64,000 nucleotides of DNA from an uncultured Candidatus Saccharibacteria bacterium (GTDB taxonomy: Bacteria; Patescibacteriota; Saccharimonadia; Saccharimonadales; JBBQAJ01). Position numbers and translations under genes: made by a program. The notes beneath the pieces were generated by a model, which was not told where the DNA came from, did no database searches, and was given only the letters and a program-made list of their open reading frames with translations. Location: NCBI GenBank assembly GCA_964593805.1, contig CAZQHP010000001.1:645283-709282 (forward strand). Reading direction: 5' to 3'. Positions 18,849-27,463 of this stretch are shown piece by piece (positions within the stretch are counted from its first letter, which is position 1; each line of letters begins with the position of its first letter).

Positions 18849-19992
18849 TTTTATTGGCTTGCTCTAATAATATAACCGCCAGTTTCTGCGCGGCATCAGG
18901 AATGGTTGCCCGCTGCAACTTGGCGCCCAGTTCTCTGCGTTTTGCCTCGTCAGCCAGCAAGGTTTCAATACTCGCCAATAATCCATGTTGTAAATCGTAC
19001 AATTCGCCTTCTTCCAGCACCACCGCTGTCCCCTGCTCTTTCAAATATTCAGCGTTTTTAGTCTGATGTCCACCGGTCAGATCGGGGTTCGGCACCACTA
19101 GGCACGCCTTTCCTTGTACCCCAAACTCCGCCAAAGCATTGGCGCCAGCCCGCGTTACTATCAAATCAGCGGCGCCGGTATAGACATGCATTGGCGTCAT
19201 AAACTCCAAAACTCGCAGCCTCTCATGGCTATATTCCCCATATATCCCCGCTTTGCCCTGCCCTACTTGATGTATAACCTGCAGTTGCGGCTTTTTTTGT
19301 AGCAGTTCAGCCACTATGCTCACAAACTCTTTATTGATACGCTGCGCTCCTGAACTACCCCCGGTGATAAGTAAAAGCGGCTGGGCGCTTGGCAAATTCA
19401 GCTGTTCTTTATACTCTCGCTGCAACCGGCTATCTACCGGCCGATAACTAGGCTCCACCAGCACACCTACGGGCCTGACTTTTTCAGCCAAATACGGATA
19501 GTATTCCGCCGGCAAGGCCGTAGCATGTATCCGTGCCCAGCGGCTGATAAGCCGGTTTGCCAGCCCTGGCAGAGCGTCTGAATCATGGGTAACTATCGGG
19601 ATACGCCGGACAGCCGCGGCCAGCCCGATTGGCACGCCGGCGTAGCCGCCTTTTAGAAACACCAGATCCGGCTTGACCCTGCCGAGCAAACGCATACTCT
19701 GCAAAAAACCAATGGCTACGAACAGGGCGTCGCGCGCGTTCTTCAGATTGGTCTTCACGTCCAGAAGCCGGCGCGGCCACGCTTCGCCATGATAACGGCG
19801 AAATTTGCCAGCAAATACCGCGAATTGCTCATCAATCACTGCGCTATCGGCCGTGAGCTGGCTGAATTTGCCATGGCGCTCGCCTACATATACAGTTTTA
19901 CAAGCCGGTTGCAGTTGCTTGAGTTCATGGGCTAGCGCCAAAATGGGCGTGATGTGGCCGCCGGTTCCGCCGCCGCTCAACAGTATTTTCAT
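18826..19992 (-). CDS. murG: UDP-N-acetylglucosamine:lipid I GlcNAc transferase
   Basis: GGGTGGHITP N-terminus, GT28 fold motifs, dcw context. Confidence 0.92.
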   Translation of the reverse strand: MKILLSGGGTGGHITPILALAHELKQLQPACKTVYVGERHGKFSQLTADSAVIDEQFAVFAGKFRRYHGEAWPRRLLDVKTNLKNARDALFVAIGFLQSMRLLGRVKPDLVFLKGGYAGVPIGLAAAVRRIPIVTHDSDALPGLANRLISRWARIHATALPAEYYPYLAEKVRPVGVLVEPSYRPVDSRLQREYKEQLNLPSAQPLLLITGGSSGAQRINKEFVSIVAELLQKKPQLQVIHQVGQGKAGIYGEYSHERLRVLEFMTPMHVYTGAADLIVTRAGANALAEFGVQGKACLVVPNPDLTGGHQTKNAEYLKEQGTAVVLEEGELYDLQHGLLASIETLLADEAKRRELGAKLQRATIPDAAQKLAVILLEQANKKAVSSKQ

Positions 19993-21212
19993 CTGGGCCG
20001 CCTATCCCGCCGCCAATCAATTGTGTTTTCTTGGGCGGGTTCACTTTCTATGCCAGTGTTTACGCTAAAAGTCGTATAACGCGAGACTTGAAAAACTAAG
20101 CCGATTGCCGCGGTTACGAACAGTACGCTGGTACCCCCGGCGCTAATAAATGGCAAGGTTATGCCTTTTAGCGGCAGCAGGCCAATCATGGCGCCAATGT
20201 TTATGAGAGTTTGAGTACTCAGCCAAGCTAAAACGCCAGCCACCAAAAGCCGGGAGAAGTTATCCGGCGCCCGCTCCAAAATGTTCTTAATACGGGTGAA
20301 AAGGCCCGTATATAGCGCTAGCAGCAGCGCCGTGCCAATAAACCCGAACTTTTCAGCCATAATAGCAAAGATTGAGTCGTTTGATGCCTCTGGCAGGTAG
20401 CCGTAGGCTTGGGCGCCATGCCCTAGTCCTTTGCCGGAAATACCGCCGGAACCAACCGCAATCAACGCTTGGCAAGCTTGGTAGCCGGCATTTTGACAGT
20501 CTTGTTCGGGATGCAAAAACGTCAATACCCGATCCCGCCGGTATCCGGTTGAGACTATGGCCAAAGTAGTGCCCACCAAAATAATCGCGCCAACCTGAAA
20601 TACCCGTTTCATGGGCAACCCGGCCACATAAGCCATGGCCGCCATCATGACGACCAAAACGCCCGTAGAGCCTAAATCTTGCTGCGCGCCGGCTACAACC
20701 ACCCCAATGACACCCAGAATAATCAAAAGCGGCTTCAGTGTTTTTTGGCCGTCGGCTATCAAACCTTGTTTTATTTTGTCCGCCAGAAATCCCGCCAGAC
20801 AGATAACCAACGCAAACTTAATCAGTTCAACCGATTGAAGTGACTGGCCGCCTAGCCTTATCCACCTGTGGGCAGGATAATCCACACTGGCGGGCAGCAG
20901 TAGTGCCGCCAGGGTTGTCAGGCTGGCCAAGACTACCAAAGGCACGCCAACACCCCGCCAAAATCGTAACGGAACCTGAGAAACTGCCATAAACGATACG
21001 ACACCCAGAAAAATAGTCACCAGCTGTTTGGTCACGTAGTAGTTTTCGCTGACGTTTTTCTGAGCTGCCAAACCGGGGCTAATGGCATAAACCACGATTA
21101 GGCCGACCACCATAAGCAGCACGGACAAAAGCAGCAATATGTAGTCCGGCCGATGACGGCGTTGCCCCGAACTATCCACGAACGCCGTCCGGCGGGCTTC
21201 ACGCGGGCGCAT
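19989..21212 (-). CDS. ftsW: SEDS-family cell division protein FtsW
   Basis: Ten-TM SEDS pattern, dcw context. I chose ATG 21212 (GGGAG Shine-Dalgarno) rather than the track TTG 21254. Confidence 0.9.
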   Translation of the reverse strand: MRPREARRTAFVDSSGQRRHRPDYILLLLSVLLMVVGLIVVYAISPGLAAQKNVSENYYVTKQLVTIFLGVVSFMAVSQVPLRFWRGVGVPLVVLASLTTLAALLLPASVDYPAHRWIRLGGQSLQSVELIKFALVICLAGFLADKIKQGLIADGQKTLKPLLIILGVIGVVVAGAQQDLGSTGVLVVMMAAMAYVAGLPMKRVFQVGAIILVGTTLAIVSTGYRRDRVLTFLHPEQDCQNAGYQACQALIAVGSGGISGKGLGHGAQAYGYLPEASNDSIFAIMAEKFGFIGTALLLALYTGLFTRIKNILERAPDNFSRLLVAGVLAWLSTQTLINIGAMIGLLPLKGITLPFISAGGTSVLFVTAAIGLVFQVSRYTTFSVNTGIESEPAQENTIDWRRDRRPR

Positions 21213-21232
21213 CACCAAACTCCCAGTTTGGA

Positions 21233-21260
21233 AACTCCAAATCTCAAACTCCAAATCTCA
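21233..21260. repeat. 14-mer tandem repeat AACTCCAAATCTCA x2 in the ftsW 5' region
   Basis: Exact duplication, embedded in a 150-nt spacer rich in TTTGGA(A/G) words on both strands. Confidence 0.8.
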
Positions 21261-21363
21261 AATAACAGCCAAATATTCAACCTTAAAAATGTCAAAATAG
21301 ACCATAGAGAGTTTAGAAATTGGAATTTGTTTGGAACTTGATGTTTGGAATTTGTCATTTAAG

Positions 21364-22407
21364 TCAGAACTTCCTTCCGAGCAGGAATAAAACCAATCCT
21401 AAAATGCCAGCCACTTGGCCGATAACCCAAAACCGCATGGTGACTTTGGTCTCCGGCCAGCCGATTGCTTCAAAATGATGGTGCACAGGAGAAATTCGGA
21501 ATATTTTTTTGCCGTTACGCAGTTTTTTGGATGTAATCTGCAATATTACCGAACCGGCTTCGGCCACAAATACCGCGCCAATAATTGGCAGTAAAACCAC
21601 AGTATCCGTCAGCATTGCCACCACGCCAAGCGCCGTACCGAGCGCAAACGACCCCACGTCCCCCATAAAAAAGCGCGCTGGATAGATATTGAACCACGTA
21701 TAGCTCAACAAAGCTCCCACTATACTCATACAAAAACCAGCTACGCCGTAGCGGTGCTCTATAAACGCAATGACGGCATAAATGCCAAACGCAATCGCGG
21801 CCAGCCCGCCGGCCAAGCCATCTAGCCCATCGCTTATATTAACCGCATTGGCGGTAGCCACCACCACCAAAACAAACAGCGGGATTACCAGCCAGCCGAT
21901 ACCCAGCTGGCCAAACCACGGTATGTGGATGCTAGTAACCTCCAGCTTGAAGTAAAAAAACCAGCCGCCTATCAAAGCTATTAGCGTAGTTAGCAAGAGT
22001 TTAAATTTGGATGGCAAGCCAGCAGTGCCTTTACCGCTGCCGCGAATATTTATTGCGTCATCAAGCAACCCGACTAAACCAGCCCCTGCAAAAGCCGCCA
22101 GCGGCAGCCAGGTTTCAGAACGGCTCAAGTTGAAAAGCAGCGTTGTCAGGCCAGCCGAAAGTACAAAGACAATCCCCGCCATGGTGGGAATTAGGCGTTT
22201 GTGTTTGCCGGCGTGGAGTTTTGTAAAAACCTTGGCGACCTCTCCGGTGAGCGTCGTTTCTCTAGGCTTTTTCCACCACTGCCCGCGGTACGCCATAGCG
22301 GTATAGATGGGTGTGATGAGCATGCTCAGCACAAAACTCAGGCCGCCCAGCAGCAAAATCCGAGCTACGGTATTAGTTTGAACTACGATATTGAGTGTCT
22401 GTTCCAT
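21364..22407 (-). CDS. mraY: phospho-N-acetylmuramoyl-pentapeptide transferase
   Basis: NAVNISDGLDGLA, HHHFE, multi-TM. Confidence 0.93.
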   Translation of the reverse strand: MEQTLNIVVQTNTVARILLLGGLSFVLSMLITPIYTAMAYRGQWWKKPRETTLTGEVAKVFTKLHAGKHKRLIPTMAGIVFVLSAGLTTLLFNLSRSETWLPLAAFAGAGLVGLLDDAINIRGSGKGTAGLPSKFKLLLTTLIALIGGWFFYFKLEVTSIHIPWFGQLGIGWLVIPLFVLVVVATANAVNISDGLDGLAGGLAAIAFGIYAVIAFIEHRYGVAGFCMSIVGALLSYTWFNIYPARFFMGDVGSFALGTALGVVAMLTDTVVLLPIIGAVFVAEAGSVILQITSKKLRNGKKIFRISPVHHHFEAIGWPETKVTMRFWVIGQVAGILGLVLFLLGRKF

Positions 22408-22429
22408 AAAATTACCTCTTAATTATACC

Positions 22430-24202
22430 TTAGGATTTTGGTTTTACGCCAAAGTTATTGATAAGCATATCTGCCAGCTTGAAATAGATAGGCGCGGCAG
22501 CTTTGGCGCCAGCGTAACCGGATATATTGCGCGGCTCGCGAACACGGACTACAATCACGTACTCTGGTTCATTACCGCCGATAAACCCCAAGAACGTGCC
22601 TTCAAACCGGTCGTCATAGTAGCCGCCCCCGGGCTTGGAAATCTGAGCTGTACCGGTTTTGCCGCCATAGACGTATTCCGGGCGCAAATCCCGCGTACCG
22701 TACGTCAATTTATTCTTTTCCAAGACGTAGGCCATAAACTCCTGCATATCTTTGCTTACCGCCGGGCTGACCACGTTCTGCTTGACGGCTTTTGGTGTTT
22801 GCTTTTCCAGGCTGCCGTCGCCGCGAACGTAGGCATCCACCAAATGCGGCTGGTAATACGTCCCGCCATTTACGACCGCCGCAATCGCTGCTCCCATTTG
22901 CAAAATTGTCTCCGTCTGCCCCTGCCCGAACGCCGTATTGGCAAACTGTATATTCAGACCAAAGCCATTGACCGGATCGGGCACAATTCCACTGCCTTCG
23001 TTGCTCTGTTCAATCCCGGTAAGTTTGCCAAACTGGTAGTGGTTGACCAGATAATCGTGCCAAGCCACGCGCGCTTTCTGATTGATTTGCCCGCCGCCCA
23101 TTTGCATAAGCAGCCAAGTCGCGCCAGTGTTGAGCGAAAGCTGCAAAATATCAGCGACGCTTTTTGTCCCCGCTCCGCCATCTTCTTCAATATTGCGGAT
23201 CGTAGCGTCATCCACTTTGAAATAACTAGGGTCGTAGTAGCTGGTGTTTTTGTTCACCACGCCTTGGTCAAGCGCTGCCGCGGCTGTCAATGTTTTCATA
23301 ATTGAGCCGACTTCAAAGGCATCGCTGGTGGTAGCATTACGAAAAACTGACTGGTCTGTAACTTTGGAAAACTCTGCCGGATTAAACGTCGGATAGTTGC
23401 CCATGGCCTTGACTGCGCCGGTATGCGTTTCCAGAATCAACGCGCTGGCCAAACTGGCTTTGGTTTCTTCCAGCTGCTGCTTCAATATATCTTCCAGCTG
23501 CTGCTGCATACCCAGGTCAATCGTCAAAAGTATTTGCTTGCCCGACACAGGACTTACAATTATGTTATCTTTATTAGCTGCCAGAGGCACTCCTTGGGCA
23601 TCAGTAATGGCTTTGAGCTTGCCGGCTGTGCCCTTCAGCTCATCGTTTAGAGCTTGCTCCAGTCCATATTGGCCATCGCCTTCGTCGTTTACAAACCCCA
23701 GCACCTGCGCCGCCAGCTGGCCTTGCGGATAGGTGCGGTAATTGGTTTGCTGGGTTCCCACGCCCTTGAGTTTAAGCGCCCGGATAGTTTCGTGCTGATT
23801 TTTGCTAAGTTTTTTGGCCAGTATTTCATACCGGCTGTTGGCTTTCATTTTTGCGACGTAGGCGCCCGCGTCGCCGCCAATCACTTTCTGAATCGCCACG
23901 GCCGTCGCCGGGCCGTCTTTCACGAATTTTGGGTCGGCATACAGCGTGTAGAGTGCTTGGTTCAGTACAATCGGAGTTATTTCAGCCCCGTTATGAGCCA
24001 CAATCGTGCCCCGTTCTGGTTCAATCTCATACTGTTTTAGCTGGCCGCGCAAAGCGGCTTGTTGGTAATAATTATGCTTAATAACTTGCAGATAAAACAG
24101 GCGTATTAAAAAAACGCCGGCTACAACCAGCAAAAACGCGTACCAAATTCTGACGCGCGTAATGGGATTTATAACTGATTGGCTGGTTTGCCTGGGGCGC
24201 AC
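22430..24202 (-). CDS. ftsI: class B penicillin-binding protein (FtsI-type transpeptidase)
   Basis: N-terminal TM and dimerisation domain; SxxK (SIMK), SxN (SLN), KTG (KTGTA). Confidence 0.9.
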   Translation of the reverse strand: MRPRQTSQSVINPITRVRIWYAFLLVVAGVFLIRLFYLQVIKHNYYQQAALRGQLKQYEIEPERGTIVAHNGAEITPIVLNQALYTLYADPKFVKDGPATAVAIQKVIGGDAGAYVAKMKANSRYEILAKKLSKNQHETIRALKLKGVGTQQTNYRTYPQGQLAAQVLGFVNDEGDGQYGLEQALNDELKGTAGKLKAITDAQGVPLAANKDNIIVSPVSGKQILLTIDLGMQQQLEDILKQQLEETKASLASALILETHTGAVKAMGNYPTFNPAEFSKVTDQSVFRNATTSDAFEVGSIMKTLTAAAALDQGVVNKNTSYYDPSYFKVDDATIRNIEEDGGAGTKSVADILQLSLNTGATWLLMQMGGGQINQKARVAWHDYLVNHYQFGKLTGIEQSNEGSGIVPDPVNGFGLNIQFANTAFGQGQTETILQMGAAIAAVVNGGTYYQPHLVDAYVRGDGSLEKQTPKAVKQNVVSPAVSKDMQEFMAYVLEKNKLTYGTRDLRPEYVYGGKTGTAQISKPGGGYYDDRFEGTFLGFIGGNEPEYVIVVRVREPRNISGYAGAKAAAPIYFKLADMLINNFGVKPKS

Positions 24203-24223
24203 GCTAAAATCCTTCGGATTAAT

Positions 24224-24571
24224 CTAATTTTGGACGGTTGAAGAAGACGAAAGCGATACCAGGTTTTTGGCAGTATCACTGTTTTTAACGCGTTCCAGCG
24301 ACTGCAAGCGCGCCGCGGCGACTGCTAAATCATCGTGTTCGCTTTTAAGTTGCGTTTGCTGAGTTTTTAAGTCGTTAATCTTATAACTCAGCGCGTTTGT
24401 TTTGGTTACCTGCGTTAAATACAGCAGTCCGAGCAAACAGGCCAGCACGATTAGCATAATTGTATTGCTGACTGGGCCAAGCGTGCGCTCGCCTACATCA
24501 TGCCTGGTAGTATTTTGCTGGCCAGCAGCAAAGCGTTGGCGGCCCATAGCTAGAGAACTTGAATAAGTCAT
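24224..24571 (-). CDS. ftsL: FtsL/DivIC-like septum formation protein
   Basis: 115 aa with a single TM followed by a coiled coil. It lies between rsmH and ftsI. Confidence 0.55.
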   Translation of the reverse strand: MTYSSSLAMGRQRFAAGQQNTTRHDVGERTLGPVSNTIMLIVLACLLGLLYLTQVTKTNALSYKINDLKTQQTQLKSEHDDLAVAAARLQSLERVKNSDTAKNLVSLSSSSTVQN

Positions 24572-24625
24572 GAGGTTTTTTGTCCTGTTTTTGTTTTTGT
24601 ATTTTTGATTGTTATTTTTTGAACC

Positions 24626-24651
24626 CTCTCACCCGCCTAGACGGGTGAGAG
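24626..24651. other. perfect 10-bp hairpin in the rsmH-ftsL spacer
   Basis: CTCTCACCCG-cctaga-CGGGTGAGAG; no U-tract on either strand. Confidence 0.5.
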
Positions 24652-24726
24652 AGCCTCGCGCACACGTTTACATCACTTTGACGCGAACCTTGTACGCTCG
24701 GGAGAGGTTTTTGACCTGTATAGGCA

Positions 24727-25548
24727 TTACTGCCCCTTCCTGTTTGTGTTTATTTTTACGGCGGCACGCAGTTTTGCGCTGCGCGCTCGCGGATTGGAAA
24801 CTAATTCTTGCGCTTCCGCTGTCACCGGCTTTTTAGTGAGCAGCCTGAGGGGAGCGTCGTAGCGGTCACCAGCGTATTCACGAAAGAATTCTTTCGTGAG
24901 CCTGTCTTCCAAACTATGGAAGCTGATGATCGCTATTCGTCCTCCTGGAGCCAGCAGTTCCAGCCAAAGCGGCATGGCTCGCTTGAGCAGGCCCAGTTCA
25001 TCGTTTACGGCTATCCGAAGCGCCTGAAAACTCTTGGTTGCCGGATGAATCCGCCGGCCGGCAGACTGTGGCTTATAGGCGCGAGCAATTATAGCTGCGA
25101 GCTCGCGGGTTGTGGCAATCGGCCTATTGGCGGCGATCATACGCGCGATGGTTCGTGCTTTTGGCTCTTCACCGTATTCACGCAGCAGTTTCACTAGTTC
25201 CGCTTCCCCGTAGGTATTAACTATGGTTTTGGCGGTAAGTACTTGGCGGCTGTCCATGCGCATATCGAGCGGCCCGTCGGCCCGGATACTAAATCCGCGG
25301 CTCGCATTGTCAAGGTGCGGTGACGAAACCCCTAAATCAGCCAAAATAAGGTTGTAGCTGCGACCTTGTGCCAATAATTCCCGCGCGGCGGTGAAAAAAT
25401 CCTCGTGGATAATCTCGGCCCCGGCAAGTTTTTGTTGGCTCTTGAGCGCGTCCACAGCCTGTTGATCGCGATCGACAAGAGTTGCCTTTTGGGCTTGTAA
25501 GGTGCGTTCCAGTATTTTCTGGGCGTGTCCGCCGTATCCGGCCGTCAA
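24727..25548 (-). CDS. rsmH: 16S rRNA (cytosine1402-N4)-methyltransferase; true start lies upstream of the track start
   Basis: GGHA, DLGVSSPHLD and SFHSLEDR motifs. The conserved N-terminal HIPVLL...YLD continues in frame to 25617. Confidence 0.9.
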   Translation of the reverse strand: MTAGYGGHAQKILERTLQAQKATLVDRDQQAVDALKSQQKLAGAEIIHEDFFTAARELLAQGRSYNLILADLGVSSPHLDNASRGFSIRADGPLDMRMDSRQVLTAKTIVNTYGEAELVKLLREYGEEPKARTIARMIAANRPIATTRELAAIIARAYKPQSAGRRIHPATKSFQALRIAVNDELGLLKRAMPLWLELLAPGGRIAIISFHSLEDRLTKEFFREYAGDRYDAPLRLLTKKPVTAEAQELVSNPRARSAKLRAAVKINTNRKGQ

Positions 25549-25920
25549 GTCGAGGTATTGCTCCCCTTCCTGCGGGTCGAGATACGTCAGTACTTGCCTA
25601 AGAAGAACTGGAATGTGTGTGTTTGTATTTTGGTTTTTGATTTTGGTGTTTCTTTCTTGTTGTTACAAGGTCACCTATCCAGCAGCCAACTTTTTGTTTT
25701 TTTGGTGTTTTTGTTTTTGGTGTCCTATGAGCATATGTAGAGATTATTTTTTGCGTCTGCCGCAAGGGCCGATGCGAAATCTTTACTGCTTATACGACGT
25801 TTTGAGAGACTTATGTGTGAGGTGGAGTTTTGGGAGGTGTTTTAATGGAATGTACAAGGGAGTTTTTAGCGTGGTGCCCTATTTCCCACGTGTTGTCTGC
25901 CAGATAGCTGAACTCGTTAT

Positions 25921-25988
25921 GAGACATACGCCAAGGCGTATTTCTCATCGCGTCCGCCGCGGCGGAGCGCACTTTTCCCTTTCGGGAA
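25921..25988. other. three consecutive hairpins in the mraZ-rsmH spacer
   Basis: GAGACATACGCC-aa-GGCGTATTTCTC; TCCGCC-gc-GGCGGA; TTCCC-tttc-GGGAA. Confidence 0.5.
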
Positions 25989-26049
25989 TAAAGCTACTTT
26001 GTGTCTTCTATCTGTTGGTTGAATTGTTAAAGAACATGAACCACTGGTA

Positions 26050-26403
26050 TTACTTGGCCAAAATACGCCAGTACCGTTTGCCCACGCTAACGGCAGAAAT
26101 ATCCCGTGTAATACCCGCGTAATCCAGTAGATGCTGCTCCAAGGTGATCCGTCCTTGCCTGTCGTCGGGCTTCATGTCTGTCTTGCCCATCCGAAATTGG
26201 ATGTTCAGGTCAGCAATCCGCTCGTCAAGGATATCGCCTTCCAGCCGCGGCTCTACCAGATGTTCCCAAACATCTTTGGGATACAAGTGCAGGTATTGGC
26301 CAAAGCCTCGTGTCACAACAGCACCGCTTGCAAACGTATCTCGAAGTTCGGGCGGGAGCGTTAGCCTCCGCTTTTCATCGAGCTTTCGTTCGAAGTAGTC
26401 CAT
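26050..26403 (-). CDS. mraZ: transcriptional regulator MraZ (short, 117 aa)
   Basis: Two half-domains with DEKRR and DDRQGR (DxxxR-type) motifs. It is the first gene of the dcw cluster. Confidence 0.85.
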   Translation of the reverse strand: MDYFERKLDEKRRLTLPPELRDTFASGAVVTRGFGQYLHLYPKDVWEHLVEPRLEGDILDERIADLNIQFRMGKTDMKPDDRQGRITLEQHLLDYAGITRDISAVSVGKRYWRILAK

Positions 26404-26525
26404 TGGTACACCTTTAGTGGTTAATATGCAGTGGTTTTTATTTTGCTTCGTAAGTTTCGCTGCACATCGCGGGTAAAACTATTTTGGTTTTACACTGAGC
26501 GCAGTCGAAGTGCTACCTACGACAA

Positions 26526-26561
26526 CCCACTAACAGGAGTTTACTCCCCACCATTACCCAC
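26526..26561 (-). promoter_or_regulatory. candidate MraZ operator: GTGGG direct repeats
   Basis: The - strand reads GTGGGtaatgGTGGGgagtaaactcctgttaGTGGG. The repeats start 10 and 21 nt apart, about 125-160 nt upstream of the mraZ ATG. Confidence 0.4.
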
Positions 26562-26604
26562 AAGCAAGCACTTTATACATAAAAACTGCCCCTTTTAGGG
26601 ACAG

Positions 26605-26641
26605 TTATCCACAGTTTTTCAACTTTTACGATTTATCCACA
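26605..26641 (+). promoter_or_regulatory. pair of perfect DnaA-box consensus sites (TTATCCACA x2)
   Basis: Exact 9-mers at 26605-26613 and 26633-26641, same orientation, upstream of the mraZ operator candidate. Confidence 0.35.
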
Positions 26642-26680
26642 ATATATGGTGTGTCGAGCTGGTTTTAAGACGCTAGAGCA

Positions 26681-27454
26681 CTATTTCATTGTATGGTCAA
26701 ACTGCACGACTGCGTAGGGCGTTTGGCTGGCATGGCCAAGTAGTTGACCGCCTGCAAAATCAATAGCATCGGCGCCAAAGCCGCCAGCTCCTGTTGCGGG
26801 TATTTCTGTCACCGTAGCCCCGCTATATTTGCCATCTGCTGTAATCTGACCGATAGCACTCCATCCGGTGTGGTCTATAACATCGTCCAGGGTCTCTAGT
26901 TTAGGCACGTTGCCTTCGCTGTCGGGCAATATGCCGCCTACATACATATCGCCATTTGCTCTTTTGATAATTAAGCCATTCGTAAAGGTAACCTGGTTCG
27001 CCTTTGCCAGCTGTTCATTTTTATCACCCGGCTTTCCAACGTCCAGCGCAATATTACTTTCAAGATACGGGCGTATTGAGTCATCAAGTTGTTTTGGGGT
27101 TTCACGAAGATGTATAGGCACTACTTTTTGGCTATTGGTCAGTGGCGGCAACTGTGTAACTAAAATGTCACCCGTGAAGCTGGATATTGTTGTATCACCA
27201 ATCGTAAATTCGGTTTGCCCGCTATTTATCAATCCTTCAATCAATGCTTTTTCTTGGTTTTGGGCTTCATCAATGCGCTCATCGGTTGGACCTTTCGGGA
27301 TGCTATCCAAACCACGATTAATAGCACCCGCGCCCAGAGCCAAAGCAAGGGCGCCGCTAAGCCCAGCCGCTATTAATCGGCGTTTCCTGAATGTTTCAGG
27401 AGTTGGCTTTGGCCGAGCGGCGTGACTTGGATGAGCATCGAATGTTTTTGCCAT
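26681..27454 (-). CDS. secreted/anchored hypothetical protein (257 aa)
   Basis: N-terminal FRKRRLIAAGLSGALALALGAGA (signal- or Tat-like), then a beta-rich domain with no recognisable family. Confidence 0.6.
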   Translation of the reverse strand: MAKTFDAHPSHAARPKPTPETFRKRRLIAAGLSGALALALGAGAINRGLDSIPKGPTDERIDEAQNQEKALIEGLINSGQTEFTIGDTTISSFTGDILVTQLPPLTNSQKVVPIHLRETPKQLDDSIRPYLESNIALDVGKPGDKNEQLAKANQVTFTNGLIIKRANGDMYVGGILPDSEGNVPKLETLDDVIDHTGWSAIGQITADGKYSGATVTEIPATGAGGFGADAIDFAGGQLLGHASQTPYAVVQFDHTMK

Positions 27455-27463
27455 AACAGGGGC

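Noticed and set aside
22391-23305. 304-aa + strand ORF, together with many other long ORFs antisense to confirmed genes (e.g. 1011..1721, 14387..14986, 25502..26122, 59363..59938, 60226..60801).
   Set aside because: They lie entirely inside strongly supported genes on the other strand. They have odd composition and no motifs, as expected for shadow frames in GC-balanced DNA.
24626-24651. The shared words GGGTGAG and AGAGCCT link this hairpin to 11479-11497 and 11836-11855, as a possible repeat family.
   Set aside because: The order and orientation of the words differ, and the matches are only 7-9 nt, which is compatible with chance.
26404-26680. oriC at the DnaA-box pair (or at 15.77 / 17.71 kb).
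   Set aside because: Genes on both sides of 26.6 kb run the same way. The 17.3-17.9 kb zone is convergent, not divergent. No dnaA/dnaN and no AT-rich unwinding repeats lie adjacent. A regulatory DnaA-box cluster is more plausible.
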